Shown here: in pieces, positions 44,339 through 56,600 of the stretch
Position numbering within the stretch: position 1 is the stretch's first letter
Layout of the letters: each line of letters begins with the position of its first letter
Assembly (NCBI GenBank): GCA_004431415.1
Contig: QPMI01000415.1
Location: 62,001 to 126,000, forward strand
Source: Cyanophora paradoxa CCMP329
Taxonomy: Eukaryota > Plantae > Glaucophyta
DNA length: 64,000 nucleotides
Reading direction: 5' to 3'
Notes under the pieces: model-generated
The model's database searches: none
The model's input: the letters and a program-made list of their open reading frames with translations, nothing else
Told to the model about the DNA's origin: nothing
Position numbers and translations under genes: made by a program

Positions 44339-45724
44339 ATGCCAGCAACTGGAAGAATAGTCAGGAGAACCATTGAGCAACTACAAGGTAACCTACTGCC
44401 TATCACAGTTCCAAAGGAGGAAAAAGGGGAATCTCGAATTGTTAAAAAGTCTGAAATGAAAGAGCTTGTCCCAGTAGAGATCCCAGTTGCTATTGCAGTG
44501 AAAGAAACTAGCAAGATTGCCAAGAGATTCTATGATGTGAGAACTGGTTACAAAGGGCTTCAAGCTATGAGGGCTGAGTTACCAGATGAATCCTATAAGC
44601 AGTTGCAAGAGTTCTATAAAAAGCAAGAGGTAGTTCAGATCAATGCACCTGCTATATCTAGAAAGAGAGATCCCATGGTCCCAATTAGGCAACCCCTTGA
44701 TACCTATGTGATTGATTTGCTCTTTTTCCCAGCTTACAAGAAACAAAACAATGGTTATGATACCTTTATGACTGCTATGGAATCCACACTGAGAACTGGG
44801 TATATCATACCTATAAGGGATAAATCAGCTCTCACTACATTGGCTGCATTTAAACAGCTTGAGATGAGAGTAGCAAGACCCATAGTAAAAGTTCAATCAG
44901 ATGCTGGGAGTGAATTCCAAAATCGAATATTCCAGGAGTATCTATCTAGTAAATACATAGAACACCAAGTGAGTGGAACTGCAGACCACAGAAGCCAAGG
45001 TCGAATTGAAGCCTTTAACAAGCAGATTAAGAGATTGATCACAAACTACTGCATAGCCAATAACACAGCTAGATTCTTTGATGTGTTAGGTGATATTGAG
45101 TATAATTACAATAACACAGTTCACTCAGCTACTAAGATGAAGCCAGGTGAAACTACAGAGGAGCATTATAGGTATATAGTGGGATTAGAAGATGAAAGGT
45201 TCAAGAAATCAATAGCTTATCTTGATACCATGCAGCCTGGCATGTTTGTTAGAGTGAAAGTAGAGAAGAACCCCTTTGCTAAACAGGGTAACAATTGGTC
45301 TAGGATGGTTTACACTGTTGATAGTAGGGAAGGCTTTAAGTTTAAGCTAAGGAGTCCCACTGGTGAGATCATAGATAACAGGTTTGCTTTCCATGAGCTG
45401 TTGCCTGTGAATGCAGTTGAGTATCTGGAAACACCTACAGTGGATGCCTTAGAGCAAGCTAAAGAGGAAGCTAGGGTTGATGCTGCTATAAGGAGAGAAG
45501 GCATAGAAGCTTCTAATGAAGTCCCAGATAAGCCTTTGATAGAGGCTAGAAAGGAGAAGGCTGGGAAAGTTAACAGGGAACTCAAAAAGCTCACTATAGC
45601 AGGAACACAGAAACTTTCAGAAGTGAATAGCCAGAGATGGTATAATGACTTTCAGACTACTAAGGAGTCATATACAGCCCCTAAACCTCAGAGAACACTA
45701 AGAGAAAGGACCAAAACTAGCTAG
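44339..45724 (+). CDS. Retroviral-like (rve, DDE) integrase, Polinton type
   Basis: VIDL, QSDAGSEF, GRIEAFNKQIK, YNNTVHSATKMKP and FVRV..NWS motifs; consistent with the 6-bp TSD. Confidence 0.95.
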   Translation: MPATGRIVRRTIEQLQGNLLPITVPKEEKGESRIVKKSEMKELVPVEIPVAIAVKETSKIAKRFYDVRTGYKGLQAMRAELPDESYKQLQEFYKKQEVVQINAPAISRKRDPMVPIRQPLDTYVIDLLFFPAYKKQNNGYDTFMTAMESTLRTGYIIPIRDKSALTTLAAFKQLEMRVARPIVKVQSDAGSEFQNRIFQEYLSSKYIEHQVSGTADHRSQGRIEAFNKQIKRLITNYCIANNTARFFDVLGDIEYNYNNTVHSATKMKPGETTEEHYRYIVGLEDERFKKSIAYLDTMQPGMFVRVKVEKNPFAKQGNNWSRMVYTVDSREGFKFKLRSPTGEIIDNRFAFHELLPVNAVEYLETPTVDALEQAKEEARVDAAIRREGIEASNEVPDKPLIEARKEKAGKVNRELKKLTIAGTQKLSEVNSQRWYNDFQTTKESYTAPKPQRTLRERTKTS

Positions 45725-46022
45725 TTTCATAGCCGAAAACTCGTTTTTTCCAAATATATGTATGACTGATATACATATATGCATATGATATACACATAGT
45801 CTTGTAGAGCATATCAAGCGCTTCACAGCGCTATGCAGAACGTTGCGTTTTGATGATCTGGTGATGAGATATGACAGTTTGAAGATGCCGATAAAAATGT
45901 ATATGTATATATATTTTTTACTATTTTTTCGAAACATTTCTTTCTCGGTCAACCGGCAATACGGAGGTTTGTGTATATATAGTGTATATATGTCGGAGGT
46001 TTGTGTATATATGATGCATATA

Positions 46023-46121
46023 TCACGTGACGTCACGCATGCATAACGCATGAGTCACGCATGCGTAACGCGTGCATAACGCGTGCATAACGCGTGCGTA
46101 ACGCGTGCGTAACGCGTTACG
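46023..46121. repeat. 11-bp tandem array (T[A/C]ACGC[A/G]TGC[A/G], about 8 units)
   Basis: Directly visible; ends in the palindrome CGTAACGCGTTACG. Confidence 0.85.
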
Positions 46122-46318
46122 GATAGATAATGGGTAAAGTTTGGGTTCCGGAACCCAAAAATCCAAGAAAATCATACAAACTGCTGTTACTATTCACCAA
46201 CTCATCAGCTATTAAAACCGCGACCATCGCCGGAATCCTCTTTGCATGCTCTATACAACAATGCTACTTTCGCGAACCGGATCTTAGATTTTCCCGGACA
46301 CTGCATTTAGTAAGTATC

Positions 46319-47200
46319 TCCCCTAGATTCCCCCTATTATATAATATTTATATTAAAGTGGACTCAAGGTTGACTCATATTAATCGTAAAAGTAGTAAAA
46401 GTATATGGATTTTGTTACGAATTCAATGCAAGGGTTGACTAAGTGGGTTGAGTTGACTCAAATTTCACAGGAAATAACAATGAATCAGAGTATAAAATGC
46501 ATTTTTTGAATCAACTACACCAACTAACACTGAGATTTTCACAATATATGAGGTCCTTACTGAATATGGTTTGTGTGACAGGTGTGACAGGTCTATCCCG
46601 TGGATTTTAAAAATCAATTTCTCACTAGGACTTTCCTTGGGATTGACCTGTCACACCTGTCACACCTGTCACACCCAATTTTCTAAGGGTCCCCCCTTAG
46701 ACTCAATAAAACATGATAAAAACATATAAGTTTCATGTATAATTACGATTGAATTCAATAAGAGATCGATTTGTTTTATTTAACAAATGAATCTTTTATG
46801 GATCTTAATCGAGTTTAGCGATATGTTTCCGATTAAATGAATTAAATTTAATTAAATTTAATCGAGAAAGTACATGAATATAATATCGATTAAATAAATA
46901 AACCAAAAGACCAATCACACATAGTAAAATGCGGAGTTTTAACCAGAGGCAAGATCTAATTGAGATTCAGTTATATTATTCGGAAATATATACAGATTAT
47001 CGATTAAATCAGTAAGACTAATCGGAAAATAAGAGAAATTTACGATAAAATATCGAAAAGAATACAAAATAATCGAAATAAATGAATATTCGATAAGATA
47101 TACACAGATTATCGATTGATTGAAATAGAATATACGAGATATATCAACAAAATCAATTAAGATTAAGCCGAGGGTTAAAACTCCGCATTTTACTATGTGT
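46319..47200 (-). repeat. Right terminal inverted repeat (882 bp), including an origin-like cassette (~46555-46675) and the terminal palindrome (46917-47200)
   Basis: Reverse complement of the left TIR. Confidence 0.95.
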
Positions 47201-47206
47201 TCAAGA

Positions 47207-47280
47207 AGCTCAAGCTCTTCAAGCTGTACGAGCACGTCGGCATCATCTACAGCCGGCCGCCAGCTCCACCACCGACCCTG
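47207..47280 (+). pseudogene. 3' part of the interrupted VLTF3-like fragment
   Basis: KLKLFKLYEHVGIIYSRPPAPPPTL, in frame with the left flank. Confidence 0.45.
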
Positions 47281-47629
47281 GTCCACCTCCCTGGCCGGCA
47301 GCGGCGGCGGCGCTCCGGCAGCATGGCCATGGCCACCCAGTGTCCGCCGCGCCCCCCCCTCCCCTCCCCCCCACCCCTAACCGTTGTGATCCGCTTTCGC
47401 AGCAGGGAACCGGTTGGGCCTTCCGGATCCGTAAGCACTCGCAGCGCTATCGGTGCAGGCATCGATATCGGCTCGCTCGCCAACCACTTCTCATAATCCA
47501 ACCAAAACAACCCTTCAGATATATACAGCTAGACATAGCTATAGTTCGAAATACTTGCGAAAGCCGAAAGGAAAAGCTGCCGGGATTTATTCAAGAAAAT
47601 ATATACGCTGTGCGGGCCGGCCTACTAGG

Positions 47630-50600
47630 CTATTGCCTCCGTGCAAAGAGAAAGGCCAGCAGAGCGCAGAGAACGGCCGCGCCGAGCCCGAAGATCGACT
47701 GGCCGGCTGGGGCGGGCTTGACGGCGCTCTTGGGGACGGCCAAACCCGGGTCCTGCGCGTACGAGATCGCGATCTGCGGCGCGGCGCGAAGCTCGGATGA
47801 GCGCGCTTCGAATTCACTGGCTCGCCGACGAAACTTAAGCTTAAAACCATCGGAGCGCGCACCCGCTGCAGTTGTTGCAGCTGCGCGGGCGTCTGCCCCG
47901 ATTGCGCGAGCTGAACGATCGCCAAGTTGGACATGCCGGAGTAGGGCGCTGAAAGTCCCGCTGTGTTGATCTCCAAAGACGTCGCGGAAACAACCGTGAA
48001 CCCTTCCCCGAGGTTGATGACCTGCGCGTGCCCGCCGTCGGCGCTCATTTAATGTCGGGATCGTCGAGGACACAAAGGTCACCAGCTGCTGATTCTGCTG
48101 CGCCAGGCGGCGACCGCCCGTCGCCGAACGGACGCTGCAGACGGCCCCTGTGCGCTTTGCAGATGAGCCCGAGCGGCTCAACGGTTCGCGCGCAGCTCTG
48201 CGGCGCATGCGCATGCGCACCCTTCCCCAGCGCCGCAGCGCTCGCCGCAGAGAAGACGGCCTCGCACGGCACGACGCCGCCGGCCGTCTGTCCGACCGAG
48301 TACGGGACGTCGAAGTCGACGAAGATCCTCCGCATTCCCGCGGGGCTGCCGCCCTCGAAATAGGCGTCCCCGACCGTGACGAACTGCGCGCGAGCGCAAC
48401 GGATTACACACGAGAAATACCGCGAAATACGGCCACCCCGACCCACCTCGCAGGTCTCGGGTTCGCACTTCCCGATGAACTCGCACCACTTCTCTGCGCG
48501 AGCCTCAGAATTTCGAAGAGGGAAGTCGGTGCAAAATCCGTTGACCGATATTCTTGGGGAACTTGCAGCGCCCGACGTCTGTGCCGCAAACTGCAGGATC
48601 AAGTGTTAACGTTAGTTTGCCTTCTCGAGAGCTCGCGGTCGAGATTGACAGGCGCGGCGCGGTGGCGCACCTTGGCACGGAGAGCACTGCACAGAGGTGA
48701 GCGTCAGTATTAATATTACTGATATTACTGCGGCGCCGGCTGCTGGCGTCGCTCAAGGCAGTGGCACCTGGTAGCAGCTCTTGAGCGTCGGGATGGTGAG
48801 GACGGTGCCGTTCGCGCGTTCCGCGACAGTCTGCGATCGCGACGTCGGCCCCGCGGCCGGCGCCGCGGCCCGATGCAGACGCGCGCGCGGCGTCGGCGAA
48901 CCCTGAGAAGCTCGTCTTCCCACAGGACGTTCATGAAGGCGCCCTCGGCGAAATTGGCCTGACACGGCGTAATATTCATTAGCCCGTCTTTAAGGATCGC
49001 GCAGCTCGCTGACCGTCGCGAGCCACGTAGAGTCCGACGTGATTGAAGTATTCGCCATGAAGAGGCCTGCGAAATTAAAGCGCGCAGTCAGCACCGAGCG
49101 AGCAACGCGCTTAATTATAAGGGCGCGAGCACCGGCGCCCTGTCCCTGCGGCATGGCGACGGAGTTCTGGAGGATGACCGGCTCGTGGAACTCGCAATTG
49201 ACGCACGCCAGGATAGCAATACCGCCACCGTACATGCCGCGCGCTGCTTTCGCGGTCAGACTTAAACCTTCTTTTGCGGTCGACGTCGCCGCGACTCGGG
49301 CAAATTTGAACCGGAGTTCTGCCAGACGGTGCTGTTGTTCATGACGAGCCGGGCAGTAGTGGCCTTGTTCGAACGCGCCATGAAGAACAGTCCTCCGCCG
49401 ATGTGCGAGTCTTCATCGGAATCGCCGGCCCACCACGAAAATCCTGTTCCCATTGTGGATCACGATCGTATATATATGTAGCAATGGCAACGTGTAAAGT
49501 GATTCGCGAATCCCATTCTAAAACCCTTTGTGCAGACTTGATTCGTGTGAACTCACCGGCTGTGTTGTTGTAAAGCAGACTCTCGCCGCCAACGAAGGAG
49601 ACCGAGTCGACAGCAAAAATGCCGCCGCCCATAATCCCCCTGATCGCGAGACGACCGGCTTCTAGATCACCGCTTGACGATAGATAAAATGAGGCGCTTG
49701 GCACCTGTTGCTCTCGAAGAGGCACGAGTCGACAGTGACGGGGGTGTCGCTGTGGAAGACCCCGAGCCCGCCGCCCTGGCCCAGCCCCCGCAGCTCCGAC
49801 TTCAGCTTCTGGGCCCGCTGCAAAGTCCGGCACACACTCATGATCAGCTAAACAGCAGTGTCAGATGCCGCCGCAATCAGCAAACCGCCGAATTCTCTTC
49901 TCCGGAGGGGTCCAGCATTGTTCCTGCGCCGTTATTCTGCGGAGAGATTTAGAGTGTCAGAAAAGAGCATCAAAGGATACATTCTATCCGATTTGAGCAC
50001 CTTGAAGGCAACGCGAGAAAGGGAAACGCCGCCGGCTCGGAACTTCAATTCGTCTTTTTCGAGCGCCAGGAAGATTCCGACTGAGAGGCCACCGCCAGCG
50101 AAGCCCTCATTGTCTGCATGGGCGACGGAGTTAGTCTGATTTCCGGTCGCTCCAAGTGAATGCGAGTGGCTCGAGCTCACATTCAAAGGCGGTGATCGAG
50201 AATGATGCAAGACAGCCGCTTCGGACCAGAGCGCCGCCTGTGATCATGAGCCGCCCGCGACCAGACGATCATGCATGCGCAAATGACTTATGAGGAGACG
50301 ACCACAATACATCGAAGCAAGGAAGACGGGAAGCACCGCCGTTCGTCCCCATGTTGTTCGAGAATGAGCAGTACGTGACGGTAAGCTTGGCCGTCTCGCC
50401 GGCGCACGTGAGGGCGCCGCCGGCTGCGCCTCGAAATTAAGGTACTGAAAATTGGACGAGCCGCGCATGCAGCGATTTCGACGAACCTTCGCCATCGACG
50501 TCATTGTGGTTGTCTGATTGCAATTGTGTACATGGAGCGGTCAGCAATCAATATTGAAACAACTACAAGATTGCCGAGTCAAAATTCGCACGGGAGAATA

Positions 50601-53600
50601 TGACGGCGTCCAGAGTGGCGGTGGCGTCCTTCACGAAGACGGCGCCTCCGATCGTGTTCTCGCGAACGACGGAGCTGGAGATGGATACGGGCGCGCTCGT
50701 CCAGATTGCGGCTCCGCGATCCCTGTACGCAGCCGCCTTTAATTTAATGGTCGGCACTGGTGTCGAGAGGGTCCGAGCGCACGCGGAGTTGAAGTCGAAG
50801 ACACCCAAGCGGATTGTCACAGGCTCGGTCGCCGCGTGTATTGCGAGCGCCCCGCCAAAGTGCCGGTTAACGTCGGGCACATTCCCGGTAACCTCGGGCG
50901 TGCTGGCGTTGTTTTCCTGCGTGGCAAGATCGCCGTAGTACATGTACATTCTGGGCAAGCGCTAGCGGACCTTGAAGACGCAAGTGTCGAAGGAGACGCT
51001 GTGCGCGGGCACGAGAGGGTGCCCGACGACCACGGCGCCGCCGGCGACGGCGTGGTTCTCTGCGAACGTGCTGTTCACGACCGTCGCGGAGCTCTGGCCC
51101 ATGACCGCCAGCGCGCCCCCCTCGGGGCACGTCGGGCATCCGTTCTGAAGGCGCGTTAAACGTTGGTCGACTGCAATAATGGGCCGACTGCAAAACTACG
51201 TATACCTTCAGGAACATGCAACCAGACACGGACGCCTGAGCGCCCTCCAAAATCGCCAGCGCGCCGCCTGTACATGGACGGCCCCTTAAGCTTCAGCTCC
51301 ACTTCCCAGAGGCACGCGTACGGGAGGCGCGGACCTGGTCCGTGTGGGTTTTCGTTCTTTAGGAAGAGGACGTTCTGTCCGACAGTCGGCGCGCGATCAG
51401 CAAGCGCTAGCGCTGTCACAGTGTGGCATTTGAGCGGGCGGTTTACAAGCGCCGCACCTTGATTGATGCCGACACGGTCGGCCCCCGCAGGGTGATGGCG
51501 GCCGTCGATCGCGACGGATCGCCCTGTCCATCCTTCCGGGTTTGGGTAACGTTGCCGCCGCAGGCAGCGACGGTGATGCCGAGGGGGACGACCAGTGGCG
51601 AGGCGTGGCTGAGCGTGAGCATGCCCTTCGCCCCGTTGTTGCATATAATGACCGTGTCGGTTGCCGAGTGCGGGCCTTGCATGCCCGCCGAATAGCTACG
51701 GAGGATGACGGTCGAGCCGTCGGCACCGGCGAGAGGCTCCGGAGGCGCCCAGATTGACGTCTCGTTTTTCAGGTAGTTCCCGCCTTTCTGCTCAACGATT
51801 AACAGATCGTAAATCTAAAAGCCACGATTGAACCGGAAACAAATTTAACGCTCCGCACCAGGAAAACTCCGACCTGCACCGGACGGCCGGCGGTGGACGT
51901 GCCGACCTTCTTCAGGGCGTACGCGATCGCCCTGTCGATCGAGCTGAAGACGGCGGCTGACGGCGCGGGGCCGGTGGCCGAGATCGGCACGAATGGGTTG
52001 GGGACGGTCTCGTTGAACTGCAGCTCTTCGTCGACGAATACGTCTGATGACGAAAGAAGCGGTTCGGACGTCGATTGTAAAAACAGCAACAAAGAGGCTC
52101 TGCTCACGGTCGTCGTAGGGGGTGACGTGGTCGATTTGCAGGACCACTTTTCCCGAGCCACATCCGCCGTCGAAGGCCGCAACGTTGACCGCAGTCTGCG
52201 ACCCCTCCAGAAGCAGCGCGAAGACAGATGTCTCAGCGGCCGCGTCATGCGCCGAGTCTGCAAGGGCGAGGGAGGATGGATTTTGAATTCGAAGGCTACT
52301 TTGCATCGGGGCGATCGGCTCGCGCACCAAGACGGACGGGACCCGAGCACGCGTGCGAGAAGCAACCCTCGTTCTTGACATCGATGACAGTGGCAAACGC
52401 TGATGCAGTGGTGCTGAACCGGTAGAGGCCCGTCGTCGTTGCGTTGAACTGCGATGTGCCACGTGCACGCGTACGGTGAGTACTTTATCGTAATTATAAT
52501 AGCGTTCCATTCGTTTCGCACGAGGAACTGCACGGCGTATGCAGAGTGCCGCATGCAGACGGTGGTCTTGCCTCGGACCTTGTACTCGCAAAGCGACGCG
52601 ATCTCGGTGCGGCCCAGAGAAAGTACCGGAATCTTGTGGTCCGGCGGGCAGCTGCGCATGCAGAAACGTTCGCGCAGCTCAAAGGGCGCCGAAAAGCGCC
52701 GACGCGGAACTGCCCCCACCTTGAGTTGCTGATGTCAACCAGCGCGTAGTCGGGGCTGCGAATGCGAAGGTAGAGGCAGATCATGATCATGATCGGCTCT
52801 GGGCAACCAGATCTAGAATCGCCCGCGGCCGGACGCCGAGCGCGACGCAGCCGCACATGGTGAAATTGGGGTTGTAGGGGCGAAAGGCAAACTCCTTCAC
52901 ATTCTTCGCGTGGGTTGCTGCGGCGAGCTCGAGGTCAGACCAGCTGCCTGCCGGCGAGCGCAGCGCAACCGTTGAACGGCCACACCCATCAAGCGTCCGA
53001 GGTCGGAGGAAGGGTCGACAGTGTCGAGGTCCGGCTGGCGGAAAGGCCGCAGCCGCGCCTCGGCGCCCTCCTTCACGACGGAATTCTCCCGCGGTCGGGG
53101 CGCTCGCTCCGCAGCGACCATGAGGGCGGGCTCGACCGGCAGGGGCTCGGTGATCGTCCAGTTCGCGTTCGGGGGCTCGAACTCGGGCAGGGCCGAGCCG
53201 AAGGAGCTCGGGCTCTGCATCACTGCAAGGTTCCGGTGAAGCGTGGTTACTGTCGGCGAATCGATATCCGGGAAAAGAAACTATGCGCGGCGCACGAATT
53301 CTGCCCGTCGAGACCGCGCGAAAGGTCGAGGCGTGGAGTGACATTTCGTGCTCGAGGAGGGCTCGGCGGCGGGACGTTCGCTGGGTGAGGGGCGTCGGGT
53401 AGGCGCTCGAGCCGTTTACGCTCGCGTTGTAAACTGTGTTACAGAAAGTCGCAGCCACCGCCGTGTCGTTGACAGCAGGGCAGGCCTCATCGACGCGCTG
53501 CACGGCGATCCACTTCTCCTCGCTGCGTCACGCACGGCCGTGATAAGAGGATGACGCGCGTTCCGATCAAGGACCGCAGGCAGTGGTACGTATACGCGGT

Positions 53601-56600
53601 GCTCACCAACTCTCGAATATGTCGTCGAGCAGCTCTACGGGGCAGCGGGCCGAGCAGGGCCGGTCGATAACGACCTGCTTGAAGGCCGCGTCCGCAGTCG
53701 GGTCGTATCTTCAAGCCAGCGAGGAGTCAGCATGAGCAAGTTCGCAGTACAAGTACAAAGAAGAAATTGAAGTACCCCGCCATGCTCTTGGAAGTGAGGC
53801 GGAAGGTGCGAGTGATGGCGCGCGGCACCGGAGTCGACTGTGCAAAATTAAATCAGGTGCGGAAGAGACGGACCGGAGCCGGACCGCCAGATCTAGAGCC
53901 TTGCAGACCTGACCGAGCTCTGTAAGGTTGAAGAAGTACGTTTGTGCCGTCTTCGGCTTCGTGATGTCCGGATAGTCGACCGTGAAGGTGCGGTTGGGCA
54001 GGTTCAGCTTCGAGGGCACGGACATCTCCAGAATGACTTGCGTCGTCAGTGCCGCCTGCATCAGGAGCAGAGTTCATGATCAGCAGATCGCTCTAAAGCA
54101 GACGTGCTGATTTGTTGCCGATTGGCGGACAGCGCACCATCGCGCCTCCGTAACCGGCAGAGTTGGGCTCGATCGTTACGTTCTAATCGAGCGCGGAGTG
54201 TCGTCAGTCGATCGCGAGTTATGGAGAACTATAATTTGTAATTATCAAAGAGAGCTTACAAATGCCCCGCAGCTGAGGCGTGTGATGAGAAGGCGGAAGG
54301 GAAGTGCCGCGCCGGTGTTCTCGTTGATGTACCCGGACTGTGGAATACCTAAAAAACGATTGTACGTGTGTGTGAGTGCAATATTATAGTATATAGCTTG
54401 CAGGCCTAGGAGAGCGTATCGCGCGCCTGGAACCTGCACGGCGAAAGGAGCAGCGTACAATCCTCCAATGTAGGTCGAACCATCCTTCGATTCAGGGTCG
54501 GGCACGACGTGCTGGACAAATCAAATTAATTACATGAGCTTCACCATATCGCGAATCGACTCAAGCTAAAGCGCCGATGCGCACCTGGATCTCAAACCGG
54601 TAAACAAGCCCCGGAGACAGGCCGTTGATTGTAAGTTTCTTGGCGAGACCGTCAGCCGTCGCGACGTAATCGTAGAAAGGATTCGAGTCTGTAAATTGTC
54701 GCGTCAACGGCAGCCTCTGGGGATTAAATGGCCAAATGCAGGGCTTTTCGGGATTCGCGTACTGAAAGGGGGGTTGATCTGGGAGAGAGGGTCCGGCGGA
54801 AGCGTGTTCCCATAAGAAGTAACGCAACCAAATCTGGCGTGACGGTACGGAACGCGATGAGTCCCCGCCTTGCATGGAATCGTGAAATCCGTCCGATTGC
54901 GCGCCGGAGTCACGAGGGCCTGCATGCGTGCGCAGGGGCAAAGGTTGGCGCGTGCTCGCTGCAGTGACAAGGTTCTCGACTCAAAAATACCTGGTCGAAC
55001 ACGGAGTCCGGAATGGAAGCATCCCACGCAAGCTCTACCTCGAACGTTCTCCCGTCCCGCGCGGGCAGCATTCTTACGAAGCGCACGTTCACCGGGGCGG
55101 CCGCTGGCGGCGCTGCAGTCGCGAAATTCGAATCCCTTATCGTTTCCGCCAAAATCTAAATATCTCAAGTATCTGAAATATTAATGCTCACCGCTCGTGG
55201 CGACGCGGAACGGATCCGTCTTCGAAACGGTGTTGTCAGACGCGATGGACTCCACATAGATGTCGTACTCTAAAAGCAACTGCAGGTCAAATCCCGAGAG
55301 GCGAGAGCGCGCGATTAGAAGGCGCGCCGGTGGAAGACTGCAGATTCTTGATCACTGCGACGAAGTCGGTTCGGAACCTGCGCTCATGCGGAGGCAGAGG
55401 CCTAGGCTTCAGCTTTCTGCAGCTGCAGGGCTCACAAATTACATGGACTGCCGCGCACGTGATCTGCCGCGTGTCGCCCGCCACGATGAAGCCTCCCTGT
55501 GCGTTCTTGTACTTGTCGAACATGTCTTGACCCATAAGCCTGCGCGTGCAAACATCTTCAGCCATTGACACGCGTACGGGGCCCGAACCTTAAGGGGCGA
55601 CACGCCTGCACTGGGCCGAGCCGGCTGTCTCGTTGAAGACCATCACGAGGCCGTCCTGGGCTCTGCACGCGTTCGGATCCAGCTTGCGCTTGCCCGTCGT
55701 CGCGAAACCGCTGTATCCCCTGCTCAGGTCCTCCGAGGAGTCGAAAGTCGCGAGCGACATCACGAGCGGCGACGAAGGCACGAAGACCTGGCCACGACGT
55801 TTCAGCTCAGGTGGAATTTTCAGGTTGTGCGCGCCACAGGCTGGCTGACCGAGCCGAGAGGTGTGTCCTTCTCGGGGTCTGCGTCCTTGGCGTAATGCCT
55901 GATCTGTCCAAGCGCACATGCATCAGCGCTCGACATATGTATGCATATTGTTAGGCCAACCCTGAAGGCCACTACGTCGTCCTTGATCTGGCGCGAGCTT
56001 GAGTAGCCCCAGCCAATAATCTGAGAGCACGCGCAGCTAGAGGTCAGAGCGTGCCTAGGATCCAGAGGGGCGCCACCAGCCGCGTAGCAAACCAGGCTCG
56101 TGTGCGAGCTGCGATAAGAGGATCAACGTAAAGCGATGTCACTCAGGAGTTAGCCGCGTACACGTTGCGCACGTGCTAAGAACATTGGGCGCAAATTTGG
56201 GAGGCTTTTGTAGGACTTGGCCATCTTCACCAGTCTGCGCTTCATCTGATAGAAAGATCGTCAATTGCAGTAGGATACGTGTATACATTCATATACATGA
56301 TCCTCCAGCACAGCGATCGCCAATGTCGCGTTTGAGCACCTGGACACTGCCGGGAGAATAATCAATAACAAACGGGGGGCGAAGCAGATATAAATCGTAG
56401 CTGCGCGCGCGCCTGTGATGAGTAGATGTCTATGTGTGCGAATGGATTGCCGTTGTCTTCGTCCCACTCGTATCGAGCGAGGACGTATTTGACAAGCGCA
56501 GCGCCTCCACTCTGGACTGCAAAACATCGGCTAGTTCATCCCGCAGGTTCGAATTCAGCGTCTTACAGTCTATCTCCGCAAGAGCCTCGAAGCCCGGCAC

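Larger units (their letters stand above)
18466..47200. mobile_element. Endogenous Polinton/Maverick-like virus, complete, 28,735 bp including a nested transposon
   Basis: TIRs begin ACACATAGTAAAATGCGG; TSD TCAAGA at 18460-18465 and 47201-47206; abrupt GC drop; dense intronless genes; pPolB, rve integrase, MCP, pentons and A32 ATPase. Confidence 0.97.
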
